From Vulcanimicrobiota bacterium (lineage in GTDB: Bacteria; Vulcanimicrobiota; Vulcanimicrobiia; Vulcanimicrobiales; Vulcanimicrobiaceae): a stretch of DNA of 64,000 nt. The notes under the pieces are model-generated. The model saw only the letters and a list, made by a program, of their open reading frames with translations, did no database searches and was not told where the DNA came from. Below are positions 9,053 through 17,396 of this stretch, one piece after another. The translations under genes and the position numbers were made by a program. Within the stretch, counting starts at the first letter, position 1. Each line of letters begins with the position of its first letter. The stretch covers positions 1 to 64,000 of the forward strand of contig PLCF01000062.1 of assembly GCA_003135555.1 (NCBI GenBank), read 5' to 3'.

Positions 9053-10662
9053 TGCCTAACGTGAACGCGCGCATCCGCAATCGACTACTTCACGCCATTC
9101 CGATTGAGCTCGCCGCAACGGACAGCGCTCGTAAGGCAATCGCTGCGCTTCCGGCGCCCGAAGAGCGGCGGCGGGCGGTCGAGGCGTTTACGCTGCCGTA
9201 TGGAGAGCGCGAATTCTTACAAGAGCGTGGCGTCGACCTCGATCAGCCTGCGAATGCCCGCTGCCGAGAAGCGCGGGATCGTGTCACCCCCTTCGTCACG
9301 CAGTATCGCGGACAGCGGCTCCCGCAAGATGCCGTCGCGGGCGTCCTTCCAGCTTTGCGATTGCTCCGCATTGCCCTAAGCGATCCGGCTGTGCACGAAG
9401 AGCAGGCTCGGGTCGGCTGGGACACGCTCGCGCAGGCTTGCGAGTTACTGGCGCCGGTACCTGAGTTGCCTCCAGATGTCGTGGTATTCGTGAGGCAAGC
9501 GATTGTCGATGCGCTAGCGACTGATCCGGGTGATTTCGATTCTAACTTCGACGAGCACTCAAGCTGGGGATCTCCGGCTCCGCATGTGCCCGCCGCGACG
9601 GCTGCAATGTATCTATATCCCGAGCATTCTAGCCCTGAGTCGGCCGATGCTGTGCGACGCGCGTCTTCTTCTCCTTTCCGTCCTGCGCGGGCTCAGGTCG
9701 CATCGCTCTTGCTTCGACTCCACAAAGTGGAGCCCGGCCTGATGTGGGAGCTCGCTAGACGCTACGCGTTCGAAGAGCCCAGTCCGGGAGTCGTCCATGC
9801 GTTTGTCGCGCGATCCCTTGGGCATCTCTTCATGCTCGACGCCCAGGAAGCAATGAGCTACCTAAGTGCCGCGGCTGAGCGCGCAGCACAAGGGGGTCCG
9901 ACTTGGCAGAACGTCTTGAGTTCCACACGGAGCCTTTACGTGTGGCGGTACCTCGGTGGGGAAACGGCTGCCGAACCCCCCGTTTTGAACCTACTCGATC
10001 GGCGAAATGAGGCGACGGATGCGGTCCGGTCCATGCTCTTCGACCTGCGGCGCTTCGTTCGAGAAGGTGATGCCTCGTCGATCATCGTTCGACGTAGTGT
10101 CGCGCTTCTAGAGACGTGTGCGGGACTGTTTAGTGACGACCTTGCGCAAATCGAAAAGGACGCACGGGAACGTCCCTTAACCGAAGGTGAAATCGCGCGC
10201 GCAAAGTCGGTATCAACGAATCTCCACGAATTGGCGAGTGAGCTGTACTTCGCATCAGGCGCATATTCGCGGCCGGACAACCCGAAGGCGAGACCGGATG
10301 CCGCTGACCTTCGTTTCCTGACGGACATTATGCCGACGTTGCGGCGCCTTACTCCCGTAGGCATGCCGGGCGTCGTCCATAGGCTGCTTGAGCTCATAGA
10401 ATTCTTCGTCGACGATCGGGCGGCTGAGCTGTTCCCAATCGTGACGAGCCTAATTCAAGCCGGCGCGAAGAACCAGTATCAATACGAGCATATGGGCGCC
10501 GAGCTCGCCGTGGGGCTTATCGAGCGATACATGGTGTCTTATCGTGATGTCGTCGAGAGCTCCGAGGAGAATCGCCGGGCGTTGATCCGCGCCCTGGATG
10601 TCTTTGCGTCGTGGCCTAACGCGGTCCGGCTTGTCTATGACTTTGATGAATTGTTTCGGTGA
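9052..10662 (+). CDS. Helical-repeat protein, probable C-terminal sensor part of the Avs-like protein
   Basis: ATG overlaps the upstream TGA (TGATG); predominantly helical sequence; no catalytic motif recognised. Confidence 0.65.
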   Translation: MPNVNARIRNRLLHAIPIELAATDSARKAIAALPAPEERRRAVEAFTLPYGEREFLQERGVDLDQPANARCREARDRVTPFVTQYRGQRLPQDAVAGVLPALRLLRIALSDPAVHEEQARVGWDTLAQACELLAPVPELPPDVVVFVRQAIVDALATDPGDFDSNFDEHSSWGSPAPHVPAATAAMYLYPEHSSPESADAVRRASSSPFRPARAQVASLLLRLHKVEPGLMWELARRYAFEEPSPGVVHAFVARSLGHLFMLDAQEAMSYLSAAAERAAQGGPTWQNVLSSTRSLYVWRYLGGETAAEPPVLNLLDRRNEATDAVRSMLFDLRRFVREGDASSIIVRRSVALLETCAGLFSDDLAQIEKDARERPLTEGEIARAKSVSTNLHELASELYFASGAYSRPDNPKARPDAADLRFLTDIMPTLRRLTPVGMPGVVHRLLELIEFFVDDRAAELFPIVTSLIQAGAKNQYQYEHMGAELAVGLIERYMVSYRDVVESSEENRRALIRALDVFASWPNAVRLVYDFDELFR

Positions 10663-10799
10663 GCACGCACGTCAACGACTAAATTTAGCCCGGATCCACT
10701 AAATGCTCAAGCGATTTGGCCTCAGAAACGTTGACAACTTCCGGGGTCCAAGAAAGAGACGCTCGATGAGCGCGTTCTCCGAAGGTCGTGGCTTCGCGA

Positions 10800-11981
10800 C
10801 TAGGTCGCTGCAGTCCAGAGGTCTGGCAGGGTGTCCACGACCGGCAAGTAGAGGTCCGCGTAGTGCTGCAGTTCATGCCGCACGGCATCACGCGTGCTCG
10901 TGCCATTCGCTGTGCGGTACATGTGCATCATCATTCCGACGAACGCATCGGCGAAACGTTGTCGCGCTAGGTCAATGTGGAAGTACTCCTCGTAGGCCTT
11001 CGACACCCCTTCTTTCGTTGCATCCGAACCGAGAATCGCACGAAACCTCACGTTAGCCCGCGAGGTGAGTTCGAAGTGACGAAAGACTTGTTGCGCCAAG
11101 TAATAGCCGGTCAGTAGTATGCCGCAGTACTGGTCAACGAGTTTAATACTCGGCCGTTGACCGAAACGGACAATGATCTCGCCGTCAGCATCGAACTGCA
11201 TGCGGTGCCTTACTTGATTCTCCGTGCGTGCGCCGGGAGGTTCCTCGCCGTCCGCCATAAAGAACGCCTCGGCGAGCGTCTTCCGAATGGGCAGCGGCTC
11301 ATGGATGTGATTTTCTTTTCCGCGAGTTGTCGCTTCGAACGTCCTGAATAACCCATCGTCGTCTGATTCGAGCAGACGTGCCGCCCGGTAGACGGCCGGC
11401 GCTATCTCGATGCCGAAGAAGATGTCTGGATTGATTGATGTCGGTTGAATCGAAACGAATCGAATCTTGTTCTTGATGGGCGAGAGTTGCGGCTCCGTAT
11501 CTTGCCGTTGCTGGAGCATTTGGATGTCGCTTAGGCTGAGTTCTAGGGTCTCGTTCCCGCGTCGTATCGGAAGCCGCTTGCGGTCGCTGCCGAGGTACTC
11601 GAGTGGACCACGGTTGCTGGGTGCTACGCGTATCGCGATCAGCGCGTTCCCCGTCGCGTTGGGCGCAAGCCCGACCACCTCAAAATCGGGGGCCGGATGC
11701 ACCCAGGCGTTCACCGCGCTGCTGATGCCAAGAAGCGTCTGATGCGAGACATCCGGCGCTTTCGCAGCGTACGTCAGCGGTTGACCTTTGACCGGGTCCT
11801 CGATGCCGACCACGATGAGACCACCGTCGGCGTTCGCGAACGCGCAGACGTTGTACGCGATCTCGCGCGAGGGAATCTGTCGCTTGAACTCAAGCCGCTG
11901 GGTTTCTTCGTTCACCGCGGCGATTGCTTGGAACAGGTCGTCTACGGTGAACGCCCGCAGGTCGTCGGTGTAGGGGTTCAC
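10800..11981 (-). CDS. Schlafen/AlbA_2 domain protein with unknown C-terminal domain
   Basis: EETQRLEFKR...VCAFANADGGLIVVGIED; RRGNETLELS. Confidence 0.85.
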   Translation of the reverse strand: MNPYTDDLRAFTVDDLFQAIAAVNEETQRLEFKRQIPSREIAYNVCAFANADGGLIVVGIEDPVKGQPLTYAAKAPDVSHQTLLGISSAVNAWVHPAPDFEVVGLAPNATGNALIAIRVAPSNRGPLEYLGSDRKRLPIRRGNETLELSLSDIQMLQQRQDTEPQLSPIKNKIRFVSIQPTSINPDIFFGIEIAPAVYRAARLLESDDDGLFRTFEATTRGKENHIHEPLPIRKTLAEAFFMADGEEPPGARTENQVRHRMQFDADGEIIVRFGQRPSIKLVDQYCGILLTGYYLAQQVFRHFELTSRANVRFRAILGSDATKEGVSKAYEEYFHIDLARQRFADAFVGMMMHMYRTANGTSTRDAVRHELQHYADLYLPVVDTLPDLWTAAT

Positions 11982-12202
11982 GGCGGGGGGATGCCTCCGG
12001 TCTTCCGTTGCTCCGCCAAAGCCGCGTGCGTCTTGGTCGTGACGTAGAGTTCGTTTGCGGTCAGGATGAGCGATGCGGCTTGCACGGCCCGCGCGATGCC
12101 GACGCGGCGGTGGCTGAACGGATATTTATAGTAGCCGATTGCCCCGGAGAAGAGGTGCATTGCCGCTTCGCGCTCGGCTGGTGCCGCCTCCGGAATCGTC
12201 AA
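11978..12202 (-). pseudogene. TIGR02391-family C-terminal fragment
   Basis: AEREAAMHLFSGAIGYYKYPFSHR resembles the family signature; N-terminus missing. Confidence 0.6.
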
Positions 12203-12227
12203 CTGGCCATTCTCTGGATGGAATGAA

Positions 12228-12671
12228 GTGACCCCTCGGTTTCTGGACAGATATTGGGAGCGTCAACGCGCCCAGTTTCGGGTCGGGCATGGGAAACAAA
12301 CCCTTCAATGGAAATCGTGTTACATGGCAACCAGCATGACAAGAGAACAGATGCTTGAAATTGGCAACTGCATTGTAATCTTCGGGCTGCGCGCCGAAAC
12401 GGCCCCGCCGTCGCTTGACAACGAGTATGAGCGCATTAGAGAGAGTCATCGCTCCGTCATTGTCGGACTCCAAGTCGCTGTTGGTCTGCTTTTTGAGCCG
12501 GAAGACTGGAAGCGATTGCGAGACGCAACCGATAGAGTGTTCTTTCGCAAACTTGGCTACGTTCCGAAATTCTCGACCCGCTTCAGTCGAGGCAATGACG
12601 AAACAGCCGCTTTAAAGGCGTTCCTTGACGCGGCCGAATCGGATTGGTCGCCTCCGCAAGAGCCGTTGTGA
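12228..12671 (+). CDS. Hypothetical protein (start uncertain)
   Basis: Open frame with plausible composition; stop 1 nt before the J-domain gene start. Confidence 0.4.
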   Translation: MTPRFLDRYWERQRAQFRVGHGKQTLQWKSCYMATSMTREQMLEIGNCIVIFGLRAETAPPSLDNEYERIRESHRSVIVGLQVAVGLLFEPEDWKRLRDATDRVFFRKLGYVPKFSTRFSRGNDETAALKAFLDAAESDWSPPQEPL

Positions 12672-12672
12672 C

Positions 12673-13347
12673 GTGACAATCGCGGAGGCATATGGGGCCC
12701 TCGGGCTTGACGCGTTCACGACGACGCCTGAACAGGTGCGTATACGCTTCCGCGACCTCATACGCGCCAATCATCCGGACAAGAAACCGTCACATGAGGA
12801 GGCACAAGCAAATGAGGCGACCCGCACAATAGTCGAGGCGTACACCCTGCTCCGCGAAGACGGCTTCCCACGCGCGACTACCCATCGCCGAAACTATACT
12901 GCCGGTACCAAAGCCCACTACGAACGTCAGGCAGCGCCTGAATCGGCTGACCCGTTGGCATGGCTCGACGACGTTTGGCGCGAGAGCGTTCGGCATAAGC
13001 CGCCGGAAGTCGCGATTTCAAATGCTCTGCTACGCGCCATGTGGTGGTTTATCGGCGGGGCTGCATTCGCGTGGCTCGGTGGGTCCGTACTGTTTACAGG
13101 TTCCCTTTGGTGGTTCGGGATGATTTGGCTCGGGATTGGTCTCCGATTCGTCTGGGCTGGTTGGACGATGGGCGTTGAGGTTGCGCGGTATTGGCGAGTC
13201 TTCAAGTCCGTCGCCGCCCCTGCAACCGTCGCCTTTACTCGTCGCGGAGTCCACCGTCGCGTCGGGACCGTTATCGCGGCGATTCTAGGCCTCGTCGCGG
13301 CGGCCTTGATTGCGCTACGCTTGTTCGGGACCACCTCACCCGGCTAA
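12673..13347 (+). CDS. J-domain (DnaJ-like) membrane protein
   Basis: AYGALGL...FRDLIRANHPDK...IVEAYTLL (HPD motif); three hydrophobic C-terminal segments. Confidence 0.85.
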   Translation: MTIAEAYGALGLDAFTTTPEQVRIRFRDLIRANHPDKKPSHEEAQANEATRTIVEAYTLLREDGFPRATTHRRNYTAGTKAHYERQAAPESADPLAWLDDVWRESVRHKPPEVAISNALLRAMWWFIGGAAFAWLGGSVLFTGSLWWFGMIWLGIGLRFVWAGWTMGVEVARYWRVFKSVAAPATVAFTRRGVHRRVGTVIAAILGLVAAALIALRLFGTTSPG

Positions 13348-13357
13348 AGCCCGCGCC

Positions 13358-13490
13358 TACAACAGATATTTACAACAGATAGCGCGGACAACCACGGAAA
13401 ACGGGGGACTGCGGCGGAACGAGAAGCCCTGCGCTGCAAGGATTCTCGCTCCGGCGTTACGGGGCCGGACGGTCTGGGGGACTGGGGTTA
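13358..13490 (+). other. Relic att site of a tRNA-Pro(GGG)-targeting integrative element
   Basis: TACAACAGATA direct repeat (13358, 13371), then CGGT-CTGGGGG-ACTG anticodon-arm-like stem-loop at 13470-13484. Confidence 0.5.
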
Positions 13491-13496
13491 AGCTTA

Positions 13497-13733
13497 CTAA
13501 GGCGCGGACTCCGAGCCGGCGACGGGCGCCACTTTATGCGAACGCACCAGCACATCGCCGACCTGGACGAGTTCGAAGTCGCCATCGCGGGTGCGCTCGA
13601 TGATTCGCCCCTCGCGCATAAAGTGCACCGAGTGACCGTCGGCTAAGGCTTGCGTGATTTCGCGCTTCAGTAATTCGTTTGCGGCGGCCACCGCCTCAAG
13701 CATCTCGTCGGTAAACTCCCCCATCGCCTTCAC
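13497..13733 (-). CDS. Small hypothetical protein
   Basis: 78-aa ORF, GGAG upstream, plausible composition. Confidence 0.5.
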   Translation of the reverse strand: MKAMGEFTDEMLEAVAAANELLKREITQALADGHSVHFMREGRIIERTRDGDFELVQVGDVLVRSHKVAPVAGSESAP

Positions 13734-13888
13734 AGTCTACTCCGTACGAATACCAATTCTGCGCTATTGGCTCGGGCGCACCGGACGTGACCCCCTGACC
13801 CACCGATTCGCATCGCTTTCGGACATAGCAGAAGCTCCGACGCGAGGCCTCGCCGACCACACCACGCCGGCGTACGGCGTCATCGGCG

Positions 13889-14224
13889 TCATCGTGGCCC
13901 TGGTTGGGGGCGCCAGGGTCGCAGCACTTCTTCAGCGTTCCGGCGGAACAATCGATCCCGTCGCTGCGCAGCTTCGGCCGAAACGAGTCGCCAGAGGACG
14001 AGGTCCCCAATGAAGAGCGCGAGGAGTTCATTGTAGGAAATGACGCTCAAGAAGAATAGCAACCCGGCGAGAGCGAGCATCGAAACGTAGGCGCGCGCTG
14101 AATGGGCGGTCGCGCGCATGCTCGCGCGCGTTGAACTGCGGTGAAGGTCGACGGCCGTCCAGTAGATAGCGTGGCATGCGATTACGGCGACTAGAATTGC
14201 CGACACGACCAGGTATGTCGTCAT
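13889..14224 (-). CDS. Small membrane protein
   Basis: ATG at 14224 (MTTYLVVSAILVAVIAC); 2-3 hydrophobic segments; follows the EexN-like gene. Confidence 0.5.
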   Translation of the reverse strand: MTTYLVVSAILVAVIACHAIYWTAVDLHRSSTRASMRATAHSARAYVSMLALAGLLFFLSVISYNELLALFIGDLVLWRLVSAEAAQRRDRLFRRNAEEVLRPWRPQPGPR

Positions 14225-14273
14225 TCTATCGTCACGCTGCTGCTGCTGTCGTGCTTGAGATGCGGCTCGCAAC

Positions 14274-14624
14274 TCAAAAACGGATCGTGCCTTTCTCGGC
14301 CGCAGCGCAATCCGGATCGGTGCGCGGCTTGGGTAGTGAATTGCAGTAGCCGCCTTCGAGCGCCGCTTGCATCTGATGCGCTCTGTACCATGCCACGTTG
14401 TGACCGTGAAAAGGCGGTCCGTGCTCGGCTGCGACAGCTCGCGCGTCGGCATCCATAGCAGCATTGCATTCTGGATCATTTGCGGGGGCGTACAGCTTGG
14501 TGCATTCTTTGAGTTTAGCGTCGCGTGCGTCTGGGTGTTCAAGGTAGTACGAATTGTTGGTTGGTGCGTGGCTGCAAGCCGCGAGAATCAATGCTAGCCC
14601 GACGGCAAAGAGGAGAACCCTCAC
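14274..14624 (-). CDS. Lipoprotein with two tandem EexN-like (entry exclusion) repeats
   Basis: Lipobox LILAAC; repeats SYYLEHPDARDAKLKEC...DPECNAA and AWYRAHQMQAALEGGYC...DPDCAAA. Confidence 0.7.
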   Translation of the reverse strand: MRVLLFAVGLALILAACSHAPTNNSYYLEHPDARDAKLKECTKLYAPANDPECNAAMDADARAVAAEHGPPFHGHNVAWYRAHQMQAALEGGYCNSLPKPRTDPDCAAAEKGTIRF

Positions 14625-14998
14625 GGTCGGTCCAGTGCATCGTCGCATCGCACCCACCGCGGCGGCCGCGACGCGGGGCGCCGTCTGTGAAGATGAGGGC
14701 GCCCTCGTCCCGCACCCGACCGAAGATGGCGTCCCCACGCGTTTGTGCGCATTCTCAGCGCGCCAGGAGTCACAGTTGCCCGGCCTGACGGAGCCGACAT
14801 CGCCTCTCAGCAGGTAGCTGCAGCGCGCTCCTAGGTGTCCAGGATGCTCCGCATGTCGGCATCGTAGAGTGTCCCGCGCGCTCTTCACCAGCAGTCTCCT
14901 AACCCGACCCTTGGGCCGGTCGAGGGCCCACTACGGTTATATGTAGCTATAACCCTGCGGTTACAGTCTCAGCTGCCTCCCGTTGCCAAGACCGGCAT

Positions 14999-15391
14999 AT
15001 GGCAAGGGCGACCGCCCCGGCGGGCACTCCGAGTGACCTTGGGAGGCTGCTCAAAGACGTGCGATCGCGCGCCGGCGTCAGCATCCAGGCCCTGGCGCGC
15101 AAGGCGAAGATCGCCCCGATCTTGATTAGCCGCGTGGAGGCGGGAGTCAGACCGAATCTCGACGCCGCAACCTTGGTGAAGATCGCGGAGGCCCTCGACA
15201 TCGACATTGTCCCGCTGCTGGTCGCAAGCGGCGTCATCCCCGCCGGCCGCCCGAACTCGAAGCGAACGCTGGCGGTCGATGACAGGCACGAGCTAGCCGA
15301 GCGAATTGCGAAGCTTGAGCGGCGGCTCGACCGGGATCGGATCGAACTCGCGGATATCCGCGAAGCGCTTCTGCGGTGTCCTCGCGGCTGA
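14999..15391 (+). CDS. XRE-family HTH regulator
   Basis: LGRLLKDVR...SIQALARKAKI...ISRVEAG...TLVKIAEALDI; C-terminal coiled coil. Confidence 0.85.
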   Translation: MARATAPAGTPSDLGRLLKDVRSRAGVSIQALARKAKIAPILISRVEAGVRPNLDAATLVKIAEALDIDIVPLLVASGVIPAGRPNSKRTLAVDDRHELAERIAKLERRLDRDRIELADIREALLRCPRG

Positions 15392-15445
15392 TGGAGAGGC
15401 GCTCCGGCCCGTCTTAGACTTTCAGCACGGGCAGAGCGACTGTGC

Positions 15446-15527
15446 TTGACACCTAGCAACCTTGACACGGTTGTCACGAAAAATCGACTTGTCACGGTTG
15501 CCACGCATGCCACGCTTACTTGCCAAG
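15446..15527 (+). repeat. TTG(A/T/C)CAC-repeat site, copy 2
   Basis: About seven octamer variants (TTGACACG, TTGTCACG x2, TTGCCACG, ATGCCACG, TTGCCAAG); core shared with 5145-5178. Confidence 0.8.
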
Positions 15528-15644
15528 TAGAGCGAGCTTTGCCGGGGCCGCGAGCTATGGTTCGGCCACGGTGAGGCAGACCAATTCGGTCGTCGGTGCT
15601 GACGCCATTCGCTAAGATCGTCGCCACAGACGTACCGACGATGA

Positions 15645-16526
15645 ATGATCCAGAAAACGTGCCGCCCAGGAGGCCTCCGTGGCGCGGCGCCGGTCAGGTG
15701 CGGAGCGAGGGCTGCGGGCTGGCGACGATGTAATGCTTTCCGAGTGAATTGGGCGGACGTCCACTTCGTAGAATGCAGCCTCGGGGCGCGCCAACTCTTC
15801 GAAAAAGCCGTCGCTGAAGCGGCACTGTTTCATTTGCCGATCGACGCGCATCCGCCGGGCACCGATGGCGCGCTGGCAGATCAAATCTTGCCCCCGCTGC
15901 GCGCATGGCAAGAACGCGGAATCATGCCGTATAGGCTGACAGCCACCTCATTACTCAAAGACAGCGACAAGCTCGGTGGCGTCCTCCAAATCCAGTTAAC
16001 ATCGGTGTTTTCAGAATCCGAGCCAGAGCGGCTTGAATGGGTCTCACGCTCACGCGTTGTCGCGGAGGATGGCCTGTGGCGCAGGGACTTGTACGCGGTT
16101 TTTAAGCAACGCGATGACGATCAGATCGACCTCATGCGCGTGAATCGGGAAGTCGCCAAGGAATCGCGAGACATCATGGGCGCGACGGTTGCATGGTCGC
16201 TCCGTCACTTTATGTGGCTGATCCACGCGCTATCGTCGGTCGAGTACACTGCCGTCGAAGAACGGGTCTCGCGTCCGGTCGCGCGCGCAACCGGAATGCC
16301 GCGAACGACATGGAGAATTCATCTTCGAAAGCGCGGATCGAGGACGGAACCGTCGATGCGCCAGCAGTTTGCCGAGGTGGTTCGTGCAGCACACGCGGTT
16401 CGCGGGCATCTTCGGACACATCACCGAACGGGTGAGAAGTCCATCCGCGTGCGCCCGCACGTTCGCGGAAAGGGCGACGTCGTCCAAATCAAGGACTACG
16501 TGCTGCACCCCGACGACAACCACTAA
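15645..16526 (+). CDS. Hypothetical phage-like protein (start uncertain)
   Basis: C-terminal HAVRGHLR...VRPHVRG motif, a pattern I associate with phage proteins. Confidence 0.55.
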   Translation: MIQKTCRPGGLRGAAPVRCGARAAGWRRCNAFRVNWADVHFVECSLGARQLFEKAVAEAALFHLPIDAHPPGTDGALADQILPPLRAWQERGIMPYRLTATSLLKDSDKLGGVLQIQLTSVFSESEPERLEWVSRSRVVAEDGLWRRDLYAVFKQRDDDQIDLMRVNREVAKESRDIMGATVAWSLRHFMWLIHALSSVEYTAVEERVSRPVARATGMPRTTWRIHLRKRGSRTEPSMRQQFAEVVRAAHAVRGHLRTHHRTGEKSIRVRPHVRGKGDVVQIKDYVLHPDDNH

Positions 16527-16687
16527 CAAGGTAGGGTCGCAAGGTTTTCCTATGCGGCGCCGACCCGGCACCCTCGCCTAACGTCCCACTTATAGGGGCT
16601 CGATAAGGCGGGACCAGGTAGCACGCTAGCTCCCGCTCCGAGAGCGGCTACCGGACACCGCGTAGAGGAAAGCTACGAGGCAAACGC

Positions 16688-17383
16688 ATGAGACCAGATA
16701 CTATGGCGCACCGAAAACGCTTCGCAGCCGCTGCAGGCATTGCTTTACTTGTATTCATTGTACTGCTGAGCCTATCGCTCGGTACGTTGAAGTCGGTGGC
16801 GGCAGCTCTCCTAGTCTTCCTCGTCGTGTACGCAGCGGCTTCCGCAAACATACTGGCTGCTTTCATCGCGCATAGACAACTCACGGTCGCTGAAGCCGAG
16901 GCTGCGGCGAGCCGCCAAGAACGCTCTCGAAAGCCGGATCTTGATTTGAGACTTTGGTTGCGCGGCCCGCACACAGAGGCTTACTATCCTGGAGGTAGCC
17001 CCGCTCCAGATGGTCGGTTCATCAACTATCTAGGAATCCACATTTACAACGGCGGTGCGCGAGTCACGAGTTCTGTGCATGTGTCAATTCTCGTCCCAAA
17101 TGACCTCAATCCCGAGCTGGCGGGCGGCTACAGCGACATCCCGACCTTCGTTCAGGGATTGACGACTTTTGCCGAGGGCCGCTATTGGCACGAGTTCCAT
17201 CACGTTGTTACGACGCCCATACACCCCGGCCAATCCCTGCAGGTTGGTCAGGTCATGGTGTCCGGCGATAGGCCACTGCCTGCCAAGCTTCTATGGTCGC
17301 TGCAGTCAGACCAGGATCACTATCCAGCTGATTGTCCTTATGGAGAGGTACCGGTAGTCTTCACGTCCCACGGCCGCCGGTAG
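16688..17383 (+). CDS. Membrane protein with C-terminal beta-rich domain
   Basis: Two N-terminal hydrophobic helices; GAGG before ATG; 13 nt upstream of the next gene. Confidence 0.65.
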   Translation: MRPDTMAHRKRFAAAAGIALLVFIVLLSLSLGTLKSVAAALLVFLVVYAAASANILAAFIAHRQLTVAEAEAAASRQERSRKPDLDLRLWLRGPHTEAYYPGGSPAPDGRFINYLGIHIYNGGARVTSSVHVSILVPNDLNPELAGGYSDIPTFVQGLTTFAEGRYWHEFHHVVTTPIHPGQSLQVGQVMVSGDRPLPAKLLWSLQSDQDHYPADCPYGEVPVVFTSHGRR

Positions 17384-17396
17384 CGAATCTCTTCGG

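Noticed and set aside
13470..13490. tRNA-Pro gene
   Set aside because: Only an anticodon arm is present; no D arm, T arm or acceptor stem.
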